This document shows positions 1-11,848 of a DNA stretch of 64,000 bases, one piece after another (positions within the stretch are counted from its first letter, which is position 1; the number at the start of each line of letters is the position of its first letter). The notes beneath the pieces were generated by a model. It saw only the letters and a program-made list of their open reading frames with translations. It had not been told where the DNA came from and searched no databases. The translations under genes and the position numbers were made by a program. The stretch covers positions 914,695-978,694 of the forward strand of contig NW_002060947.1 of assembly GCF_000150275.1 (NCBI RefSeq). The letters run 5' to 3'. The DNA comes from Trichoplax adhaerens. Its lineage: Eukaryota > Animalia > Placozoa.

Positions 1-407
1 AAAATACTAATTATCATCCAGACTTGTATTTCTCGTCTAATTAGCTAATAATACAGCTTTCTTCTATTGAACGTGTGACTGCAAGATATTCTAGTAATGA
101 AAAGCTTGAGCATATAATAAATTCTATACTTTATGAATTGTGGTAACCTGTGTAAATTAGTGCAACATCGATCGTCGATAAAGTTTTGGGCGTTGAGAGT
201 CTTACACCGCCTATCATAACCCTTCAAATATCAATTTGAAGAATTACGAAAGAGCAAAGATTTATATTTACACAGCAAGGATAGCCCCTTATAGCTGTTT
301 GCTTTTTACTCTAGCGTGTTACCATCTATAAGCTTTTATTTTAGCTTGATTTAACTGTGACAATTAACTCAAGTTAGTGTTCACACTTGATAAACTTTTA
401 AGTCAAA

Positions 408-3400
408 ATGGAAATAACAAGTAAATATGACTGCAAGTTACCTGATGGGATCAGTTTGATCGATTATGTCTTTGAATATTTCGATAAGTATGCTGATAGA
501 GAAGCTGTGGTAAGCTATGAGTTTTTTAATTCTTATTTATGAATTAGATATGATATTAACAGTTGCTAAAATATGGAGAATTGTACAATACAATGGAATA
601 CATCGAGTGAAATTTTACCCATAATTTATGAACATGTGATAATTTAACAAACGACCACAACCCCGAAATACGGTTACGTATAATAGCTGTTTAATATGCA
701 ATGGGAGGTAGCGTCTTAAAGCAGGAATTACTTGGAACTACACTATAGCACAACATCATCTATTTCAATATCGTGATTTCCTTCTAACCTTTAACTGCAA
801 ATATTCAAGACATATTTTAAACTATTACGTACTAGGAACTAGCTATGAATAAGATTAATAGACGGACTAATGATATAATGGCTAAATCTAGTACTAAAAA
901 TTTCAGAAGGTTTAGTATGGTTAGTACTTTGTTCGTAATATTAAATCAAACATATTAAAGTAAACTCTATGAAACGATTGATATACCATCAATTATCGTA
1001 TATTAATTCTGTGTCAGACTTTGGGTTCATTTTAGCACCTATAAGCCTTAACCCAGTTATCTCGTCAGCTTGTAGTATTTTCCACGCGCAAAGGCCTACG
1101 TAAATTATCTATACTTGATTTAGAAGTAGCCTTTCAAAAGGTACTGAGGTTAATCGAGTCCATAAATGGATTCATAATTAAAAATTGATTTCTATTATCG
1201 CGATTTAACCCGTAAATCTATTCCTTGGTTTTAGCAATAAACCGATTTAAGATACGCATTCTCCATTTTATCATGCTATCGTCCGTGTCTGTAGTCTAGA
1301 ATAATATTCTAAAAGCTCTAGTCTTTTTTGAACTTCTTATTTATTTATACTAGTAAAGTTCCCATTCAAACGAACGGGTATATATTCTACACAAAGCAAG
1401 ACGTTGAAAGAAAACTCACTGCCAGATTATTTCTTACTACTTATGAATATGTCCGATTAAAATAATATTAAAATTAACCTTTCTGTAATATCATGACATT
1501 GTATCATAAAATTAATTCAATCTGAAATCCATTGCAATGGTATCAAATCTTAGTAGATAGAATCTTTTAATAGTTATTGCTGAGTTACTGTACGGATACT
1601 ATGAATTGATTTAGATGGATGCCACTGGGACAACCCAGAAGAAATTAGACCACTGAAGTAGTCACCAATTAATTACTATTGTAAAATAACTGATACTGAT
1701 GTCTAAAATGAGGAATTGAAGCCACAAACCTACTGACTATTCGCTTGTGATACGAATTAAGATACTACTGACTAACTCCTATCTCCAGGAGGCTATATTA
1801 CCATTGACTATTTAAAACGGAACATTAAAAAATAAAGGATCTGTCATAAAATTAGTAGTACCCTATCCTAAGAAGTAAAGAAGCTTACTGGTTAGATTCC
1901 TAAGAAAACTGTAGGTTAGAATATGGTGCTTAGAAAGGATCTTTGCCCCTCTGTGCCAGTAAGAAAGTGAAATTTATATGAGTCCACCACGAGTATATTT
2001 GGTTACTAGGGGGTTTTAAGTTGGAACTATAGTTTGTTTCCACCAAACTAGAGTAAATCCCGTTCTATAAACGGATATGTGTTATTTTTGCCGACAAAGA
2101 CTTGCTGAAATCTTAATTTGTTAAAATTCGATTATGTTGTCATAGACATCGATCTCTCTGCCTTAGCTGACGTTCAGTCTGACACGAAAGCATGTCTTAA
2201 TTAATGAAATAGTTTAATAGTGATCTGGAAAGTTTAAGTAGTTCTAAGAATTCGCAGCGCACAGTGTTTAGGTAGTAGTTCCTTCAACTTATGAAAGCCA
2301 TAAGTTGGTAGCCATTGTAGTACTGTCTGTCGTTATCGATCGGTTAGGTTCTTATAATCTGCAAGAGGATCGTATAAAGGCAATCGTATTCATTATTTAT
2401 TACAGTCGATTGAGAAGGTGGTGCTTTAGAAAATGGGAATTTGTAATAGTGGATCGATAGGGTTATTGCTAAATATTATAAAACCTTCCGAATGTCTACG
2501 CATCTTTCACATCTTAACAAAGTGCATTCTGACAGTAACGAAGCATCAATGGATTTGTCAGTTAAAAAATTCATTACCCAATGACTTTTAGAGCACAAAT
2601 CATATGATTTCCAAAATAAACTTTTGATTATACATCTCAGAGACACATCCATAATGGATTCTATATATCATACTCCATGTCGCCGAATTATGTATCATAG
2701 TGAATTGTCAAGATAACTATTTTGTAGAGTAATATATATAAATTAATATATAGTTGAGATGCTGTAAACGTGTAAATCCAGAAGTAAATTCTTATTCATT
2801 TTGTCCAACTAATCAATCGCAGGTCGATGCTGCCAGTGGCCGATGCTATACTTATGCACAAATTCGAGGATTAGCTCGTAAATTTGCTTCTGCTTTAACT
2901 CGCCGTGGTCTACAGAAGGGCGATACTGTTGCCGTCTACTCACCTAATATTCCTGAATATCCAATCGTCTTCTTTGGTATTATAATAGCTGGTGGTACTA
3001 TTACTACTTGCAATCCGTTATACACTCCTAAAGAGTTATCTCATCAATTGCATCTTGCTGAAGCAAAGCACATTTTTACTGTTAATCTGTTTGCTGAAAA
3101 AGCCAAGGAGGCAGCATTTCTAAGGTTTTATAACGTCTTAATTTATAGTTGCTATTAATTTTAATCATTGATATAATATACGAGTATGTCAATAATATCG
3201 TATTGTATACTTAAATGATGTTAATTTGTACATATTACAGCAAAATTTCTAACATTTACGTCCTTGGAAGTCCAACTGGTGACGGTATAACATCTTTTCA
3301 AGAATTACTAGCTGACGATGGTAGCTATCTGAAAGAAGTTAAGTTCGACGTTCGTGAAGATGTCGCTGTATTACCATTTTCGAGTGGTACGACAGGATAA

Positions 3401-5656
3401 CCAAAAGGTAAAGGTGGAAAGACATTAAAATGGCGTAGTTTTAGCTCTTAATTTTTAAGATATGATGAATGGAAAAGTTCTATATGACGACTACTTACCG
3501 TACAGCATCGTGAATAAGGGATAGGACTGAACTATCAATTCACGCGCAAAATCTACTAACTTCCTTCATTGCGTGCTGAGATATTATACGCTTGGAGTAT
3601 TATAGTAATTCTGTAAACCAGAATAATATCATGATCTTACATTGCAGCATACAGTTTATATGAATGTTTGCATCATCTTAATAGCTAGTTTATTTCATAA
3701 TATTAGAAGAAAAAGTTCTAGTTATCAGATCTTAGGCAATGAGATTTACATCTACTCATACCCCTCATAGAGTCATGTTTGATATTGGTAGTAAAGGCAA
3801 GATAAAATTCTTTATCAACGATTATGCCATCTTGCTTATTAATGTGTGGCTAATTAGGGTTCAATTATATTTTTTAATTACTACCGCCATTTCCTTGAAA
3901 AATGGTAATGATAATGATATGAAATTTTCGAAAATATAGGTGTAATGCTAACCCATTACAATATTGTCAGCAATCTTAGTCAAGCAACAGTTAAAGGATT
4001 CTTTTACGTTAATGAAGACGATGTTATGCTAGCTTTACTACCATGGTTTCATATATATGGTATGGTAACTATTCTCTTTGCTGGATTACGCTCTGGTACT
4101 AAAATAGTTTCCATGGCAAGATTCGAACCAAAAATCTTTCTTGAGACTATTCAGAACTATAAGGTATTCATTTTACTGCTGCACTTCTATTATTAAATTG
4201 CAAGTACTTTAAACTAGAATATATCAGTTTATAGACTGCTGTATCTAAATTTGGCATTTTTTATGTATTCTTCAGATAACTGTGGCTCCTATAGTGCCCC
4301 CAATCGCTGTATTTCTGTCGAAACATCCACTAGTAAATAGTTTTGATATTTCTAGCTTAAAAGATGTTATAAGTGCTGCTGCACCTTTGGGTAAAGATAC
4401 TCAATATGCTCTAACAGCACGATTAGGAGTAAATGTTCGCCAAGGTAAATTTAAAATGGATTAAATCTTTTGGCTAATGAAAAGAGTTTCCAAAGTATAT
4501 ATACTATGATAATCAACATCGCTGATGTACAGTTTTGTCGTATAATTATGCGTATGAGTATTATTGATACATTCTTTCCATGGATAATTTGGATTGTAAG
4601 AATCACTGATTTAAACGAATGCTTACTTAAGGTTATGGCATGACTGAGCTAAGCCCGGTTGTTAGTATATCTATACTTGGAAATAGTATGGCTGGCTCAG
4701 CTGGAGTATTGGTTCCACATACCAAGGCTAAAGTAATTCCTAGGCAAACATTAAAACCTAAATAACTATTCTAGATGTACTACTCTCTTTACAAGGATTA
4801 AACATCCAGGCCAGTCTTAAACATAGTCTACACAGCAGTTTTGAGGCAAAGTACGGCTCCTAATAAATTTAGAGATAGTAATTTCTAGCTCTTACTGCTA
4901 TGTTAGTATTAAATTAATTTAACTAAAAATGTTCTTTTATATGGAACATGTTTAACTTTATGATTCTATGTAGACAGTAGATATTGAGACTGGTAAGGCC
5001 TTACCTTGTGGAAAATCAGGAGAATTGTGCTTCAAGGGACCTCAGGTCATGAAAGGTTATTTGAAGAATAAAGCAGCGACAGATAGAACTATCGATACTG
5101 ATGGATGGCTTCACACTGGAGATATTGGCTATTTTGATAAAGAAGGAGACTTTTTCATCGTAGATCGCCTAAAAGAGCTAATTAAATATAAAGGATTTCA
5201 GGTTAGTTTTACAACAATATCATTTTTTAATAGGGGAAGTATTTTGGGCTGATGAATTTTTCAACTGCACAAGCATCAGTGATTGAAATTGTTAGTGATC
5301 TTAGTGCAACTACAGTACATATCATATAAGCTCCTATTTTTGATTAGGTTCCGCCTGCTGAATTAGAAGAGCTACTTTTGACTCATCCTAAAATTGCTGA
5401 TGTTGCAGTTATTGGTATTCCCGATATTGATGCTGGTGAATTACCAAAAGCTTTTGTGGTAAAGCGAGCAAATGATGTTACCGAGGAGGAAGTTATTGCT
5501 TTTGTAGCATCAGAAGTCAGTCCTCACAAAAAACTGCGCGGAGGGGTAGAATTTATCGAAAGTATTCCGAAATCAGCTAGTGGTAAAATTCTTCGAAGGC
5601 AGTTGAAAGCTCAAGAGATTGAAAAATACAAGAAGGTCAATTCAACTCGATTTTAA
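408..5656 (+). pseudogene. 4-coumarate:CoA ligase / luciferase-like acyl-CoA synthetase, copy A; intact except one in-frame TAA in the P-loop (recent pseudogene, null allele or assembly error)
   Basis: Exons with GT-AG borders and consistent phases: 408-509, 2823-3124, 3241-3407, 3940-4163, 4276-4444, 4632-4732, 4974-5201, 5348-5656 (533 codons plus stop). ANL motifs: [84 protein letters not shown] at 3398-3400 where copy C has TTG (Leu). Confidence 0.9.
1350..2759 (-). mobile_element. Non-autonomous Helitron-like insertion (~1.4 kb) in intron 1 of copy A
   Basis: On the minus strand it begins A|TCTCAACTATATATTAAT (2759) and ends in hairpin CCCGTTC-GTTT-GAATGGG (1378-1361), 7 nt, then CTAG|T (1353-1350). 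It sits between A and T with no TSD. Joining the flanks gives TTTATTTATA|TGCTGTAAACGTGTAAAT, which aligns with copy C intron 1 TTTAATTAAGTCCTGTACATGCGTAAAT (~13540-13567). No Rep/Hel ORF. Confidence 0.7.
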
Positions 5657-6935
5657 GATCTTTCTTATAAGTCAGGAGTGGATTATTAATTTGGGTTTCC
5701 ACCTAAGATGGTCTGATGTCTTAACGTTTTGTACTAGATAAAGAAGATACATAATATTATATTTGTTTTGATGATGTAGTTTGCCAATGATGCAAAGATG
5801 GTGTATTGATAAAATAAGCTTTCCAGACAGTTGTGCGTGAAGACTGATAAAAGTAAACTAGTAATTTCTTGGATGTATTTCTTGCAATTAGATTTATTTT
5901 TTTCGTTTATTACGCATCATTTAATATTTGATAAAGGAATTGCTAATTTTGTTTAGCGAGGAACCGTAATTTCTATTTATCTCAGGTATAATTATTTTTT
6001 ATGATCATTCTCTACTTTCTTTCAATTCTTGAAGCCTAAAATTAAATGCTTCATTACATAAAATAGTGGAAGCTAATCCTTAGAACAATATTTAACAATA
6101 TTTGCTCAATTTGATTACATAGGAAGTTTTAAAATTTGATGCAGTTTATCACGTTGCCCTATGTAGAATCTGGGTGCTCTTCGATATCTTTAATTATAAT
6201 ATTTGCGAATTGCTCTTTGTAATAAAGCAATCACGAGGATTTAAGGCATTGGCAATTCGATTCTCAATAATGTTGCACTACAAGTATAAAGGTAGCTTTT
6301 AAGTCAGATCAAATTTCTAGAGTAGATTTGGTCAGTTTATCTTAATATTTAATTGTACTTGATCACAATGGACGAACGTCATTAAATTCTCTTGCTAATC
6401 TTAAACAATTATTATGAGTAATGGCTTGCATGTTGGCAATGTGTAATTTTCGCAATAAATTAATTCTATGTAAACGGTTAGATATAGTAGCAAATTCATG
6501 ATCAATTAAATCTGCAATAAGGCAATTGTTGGAAGTCATTAAGAAAATGAACATGTTATCCTAGAGGATTGTATTTTTTCTATCTAATAGATCATATCAA
6601 TTTTCCGTCAAATTTAGACTAAGTGTTATGTTCTAACTGTTGAAAAATTGGGGTGTATAGTATAATCTTCACTCTAAGTAACAACAACTAATATATGAAA
6701 TAATACAGTATTAAACCTTGATTCAATTTGGGCGTTGAAAATTCTACGTTACCTGGATAAACTTCAAGATATCGATTTAAAGAGTCGTTAGAAGCAAAAA
6801 TTTACGTACGCAACAAGAGTCATTTATAGCTGTTTCCAGCATTGCTATTCTTATCTTTTTTGAGCTTTTGTTTAATTAGCTTGATTTTACTCGGACGACA
6901 AATTAATTCTAGTCTTCGCATAAAACTTAATGGAA

Positions 6936-9150
6936 ATGGAGATATACATAAATAAATAATAAATAAATATCAGTAAGTTGCCTGAAAGGGTTAGTTTGTA
7001 GGAATAGTTTTTGAATGTTTTGATGAATATGGCAATGAAAGCCTATGGCAAGTGTTCGATATCTTGATACTTTCTGAACTAGTAAAGAATCATGAAGCCG
7101 ATACTTCTTGGGTTAGATATATGTTTTTTTTGGGGGGGGCTTTTTATTAAATTATACTCGTATGCACTTTAATGGTGTAATTAAGCAATGTTAATAGTAA
7201 TTGTCTGTACTAGATTATTGTTGATTAGAATATTCTGTAACTAACTAGCAATCGAGACTAGAATGCCTACAAATGATTAATTACCACCAGTAGCACGAAG
7301 AGAGGTTTTTTTGTAATTAAGCATGTGGAAGTCGAAGGAACGACGTTACGCCGAAAATAAGATATATACGAAGTAAAAGGTATTTTTAAGGTTATTAGCT
7401 TAGCATACAGTAGTGCTGTGAATAATAGTTGGGTTAAGTGGGGACTATGCACCGGGAGTAGCAGAGTATAACATAGCAATCATCTAATATTAGCTTCAAG
7501 ATAATATCTATTCAGAGTAACCTATCTATATCAAATATAGCTATACTTATAATCAAACATAGATGCATCATTACAATCGCATGAAGTTCTTATAGATCGG
7601 TGCAGTCAGCGATCGATGCTGTACTTATTTGCAAATTCAACCATTAGCTCGTAGATTTGCTTCCGTCTTAATTCGACAGGGTTTATAGAAAGGTGATATA
7701 GTTGCTATTTCTTCACCTAATGTTCCTGAATATCCTATCTCCATATTTGGTATTACAATAGCTGGTGATACTCTTACTACTGTAGTTGCAATCTATTAAG
7801 CGTTTATACTTCTAAAGAACTATCTCATCAATTGCATCTTGCTGAATCTAAACACATTTCTACTATCCATCCATTTATTGACAAAGCTGAGGAAGCAGCA
7901 TCTCTAAGGTTTATACAGCATCAATGTGGTATATAACTGATTTGAATTACAATCATTACGGTAGCAAAAAACACGTTCAATAGCTTCCTTATTAAGTTTT
8001 GTGCCATGTCAATTACAATATATGAAAGCGATATTTCCAATATCCACGTCATTGGAAGCCCAACTGGTGACGGTATAATATCTTTTTCAAGATATACAAG
8101 CTGATGGTGGTGGCTGTTTGAGAGACATAAAGTTCGATCTGCACGAAGATGTTGACATTTTGCTGTTTTCAAGCGGTACAACTAGAGTTTCAAAAGGTAA
8201 GTACATAAATGTGCTAAAATAGTTCCAGTACTTACCTGCTATGAATTACTAATAAAAATATTCCGCTTTAAATATTTGATACAAACACGGGATTTATAAA
8301 GGCTCTCAATGCAGACGTGAATCTTTATACTTCCCTTAGTACCATATAAATACTTGATACTGGAGATCAATTCTATTGTTATAAACTAGAACAGTATCAT
8401 ATGCATTAATTTTAGATATAGATGCCAATATCACACTGGCTAATTATTCTGCACTAACAGAAGGAAGATTTCTGATTGTTGGTTCTAGATAATGAAATTT
8501 AAAAGCGCTCATCATCTTTCTAAGTGCATATTTATGTCAGCAATGCGTGCGATAGCATTCTTATATCGTCTTCATATTAGCATGACGATAATTTGATGCG
8601 TATAGTGTCACCTGGTTAATAAATTCTCTTACAAACATTATGTTTAATTAGTGCTATGAAAATGTTATGCAATTGACGAATTAAAGTACAATGTTAACGC
8701 AACAAAATATTATCAATAACGTTAGCTAAGCAACTGCTGAGCTAATTAAATTGATTAAGAGCTAATTAAATATAAATATTTTCAGTCACTTTGCTATGAT
8801 ATATCACTTGATAATACTAACAAAAAGATTTTTTGGGCTAACTAGTAAACTAGCTTATGCTGAGTTACAAGAATTGCTCTTAACCCATCCTAAAGTTGCC
8901 GATGTGGCGGTTATTGGAATTCATGGTTCTGAAGTTGGTGAATTGCCAAAAGCTTTCGTGATCAAATGAGTGAAAAATGTTGCTTGGGAGGAATTCATTG
9001 CCTTTGTTGCATCAGAAGTCGACCCCAATAAAAGATTGCACGATGAGTAGAATTTATCAAAAGTATCCCTAAATCGGCTAGTGGTAAACTTCTATGACGG
9101 TAGCTAAAAGATCAAGAGGTTAGAAATATTAAGAGGCCGAATCAAATTGA
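6936..9150 (+). pseudogene. Decayed 4CL/luciferase-like copy B
   Basis: Remnants of exon 1 (~6936-7048), exon 2 (~7595-7908), exon 3 (~8030-8196), the exon 4 start fused to the exon 7 end (~8690-8785) and exon 8 (~8852-9150, [21 protein letters not shown]). Many stops and indels. Upstream DNA at ~6540-6930 is homologous to 1-400. Confidence 0.9.
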
Positions 9151-9340
9151 ATCAAGGGTCTCCTATGTGTCAAAAACGTTCTATTAAATTGGGGTATCCA
9201 CTCACAATCATCTAGAGTCTTAATGCAGCACATCAGAACTTAGATGATACGCAATTCAAAAGTTTTTATCCATTTACTTTAATATGTAGTAACTATATAA
9301 CTGGTATATTGATAAATAATTATTTGGTTACCATAAATTA

Positions 9341-9571
9341 TGCTTATTTTAGGCGTAATATTTATTGTTAGTTATTTATTTTATCATTTAAATTTCAGAA
9401 TCCGTAAATTAATAGCATTGATTGTACTGGATACTGAAAGTTAATTATAATTTGATAAGTAATTGTTTAGTTACTATAATTTGTGCTTAGTTTTGGCGTA
9501 ATATATTTTTTATTAGTTATTCACTTCATCATTTAAATTTCTGAATCTGTAAATTAATAGCATTAATTGTA
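9341..9571. repeat. Two-copy direct repeat (~85 bp matching blocks, ~143 bp period)
   Basis: TGCTTA..GGCGTAATAT..TTAGTTATT..ATCATTTAAATTTC.GAATC.GTAAATTAATAGCATT occurs at ~9341-9426 and ~9484-9571. Confidence 0.75.
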
Positions 9572-11848
9572 GTAAATTCTACAAACTAATCCTGTATATA
9601 TGTATTTGTTACGGTGTTGCCTTGTCATTAGGATAGTTTAATAAGTACAGTAGTAGCTAGTATGAAGAATATCCATATTTGTAGTGCTAGGTAAGATAAG
9701 TAATGCCTTAATGTGGATGTTGTTTGTAATAGTTCATTACATATTTGATATTGATTGTTATTGTGTGATAGATAGCAGTAGGATGATTCAAGTTCTAGTT
9801 GATGATAGTTGAATTAGACAACCTACGAGCTTAGATTAAGATTAAGTATGAGTAAGAGATTCAAAATATTTACTGATAGAAAAGCTATGTAAGGAGCATC
9901 TTAGTTCGAGATGATTCTCCTAGTAAGGTATAATAAATAATACTGTTGTTGTTTACAAATTAGGCGATTCCTATATAAACGGGAACATTTGAGTTGAGAG
10001 GGTGGTAAAAAGTTGTAGATATATCTTTGCTAATAAAAGTTTCATCTTTACAGTCTTTTGATGTGTGTGTTTAACGTTAAGTAAAAGGGCGTTACAGTCA
10101 GTGGCTACTTATAGACTTTTACTGTACGTTACCTTGTCGCAGAAGTGAAATTGTGACAGTATTATGCATCTGCCTATATAGTTCTGTTGGGTATGCCATA
10201 AGTATATCACGAGCAGAACTTATGTTAACGGTTATTACAATAACTAGCCTAACAGTAGATTAGTTTTGCTTTGTTTTAAATTGACGATATATGAAAGATG
10301 CTTTGATCTGAAATATCTTTAATAATAAACAATTATTTGCGTCATCGTTAGCTGTTACTTATCCATATATTAATAAATGGTAGACGATCAATTAATTAAC
10401 TCACTGACTAATTGGTATCGACAAGTATAGTGTGTATGTGGTAAGATTTGTAGTACTACATAGGTGAACCAAGTTTGTTGACTTTGGCTAATTTATGGTT
10501 AATGATTTCGTTTAGATAACAAAACCGTAGCAACGGTAGAAAGCTCAGAAATACTATACGCGTACTTTACTGACCTAACTCACTGGGCTTCCGTTTGCTA
10601 GCATCAATTTGGTATTATTTACTTTCTGCCATTCCATATGTCTTCAAAAAGGTATTTGCATTATAAGAAAGCTATTTCTAATTCCGTATCATTGATAATT
10701 AAACGGATATTAGTACTTCTTTATTTCAGAAATTACGGAAGGTCGATAAAATAGCCATTATACAGAGATCAGTCTGTGGGAAAAGAACCGTTAACAGTTT
10801 AGCTCTAAGGGCAAGATATAACTCGAAATAGAACATGGTTGATGTTACGTTCATATTTTTGTCGGCATATGTTCAGAAAGTACGTCAACTAAAGAGGTGA
10901 AACTTTCAGTATATGGGAATAAAATGTTAGCGACTGGATAGAATAAGATAGAAGAAATGGCGACGATTCGTTCTCGGACAATATAACAGTGTAACTCTAA
11001 GATATGAATTATGCATTATTTAATTTATTTAATTTATTAAGGAGTTTTTGATGCCGACATCGGTTATCGTTAGGGAAAATCTTAAAGACTAATAATATCA
11101 TATACGAAATAAATCAAATTTGATCCTGGCAGCACCCACCTTGGACTGTTGCCTATTACGTATCATAACAAAGCGACTACGGAGATTGTTATATTTTGAA
11201 TTGGTTCTCGACGCTTCCGCAGTTAGAAAGATAGTAAATAAATCAGATAGAATTTCTTGAATACATTTGGCTTTATTACATTAACAGCAACCATTCTTTA
11301 TCAGAATCCAAGCGTAAAGAACTGACATCAATTAATTCTCTTATTAAACTTAAACGATTGTTATTGTCAATAAAGTAGCTATGCTTTAGGAAAATTTTTG
11401 ACAATGAATCCCTTCTTTGCGAACGGCTGAAAATTACTGAGATCAATAGAGGACGTAATAAAAAGAAAGAATGAAAGAAGTAACGTAGAAAAAGGAATAC
11501 TATATTGTTATTGGGACTTTTTATCTTTCTATCTGATAGTTAATACTGCTTTGCCATCGACTAAAGTATGAACGCTGGATTCAAAGGCTGAAAAGCTCTG
11601 GTTGCTTTCTTATATTTTTTAGTTTTAAGTAAGAATTATCACTGACCGGTATAAAGCAGAACGACAATATCCCTTAGTACTTTAAAACATCAAACTGAAG
11701 CACTACGAAAGAGTAAAACTTGAACCACACCGTGAAAGCAAGACTGTTTAGTTACTGCTTACTGCGTTACCTTCTATGAACTAGATTTTGAATTGGTTGA
11801 ACACTGACGATAAGTTAAACAGAATCTTGGTATTTTAATTAAATCAAA

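Noticed and set aside
1585-1650. Minus-strand GCPSG peptide resembling viral RdRp motif B inside the Helitron-like insert
   Set aside because: Very short open frame, with no GDD or other polymerase motif nearby.
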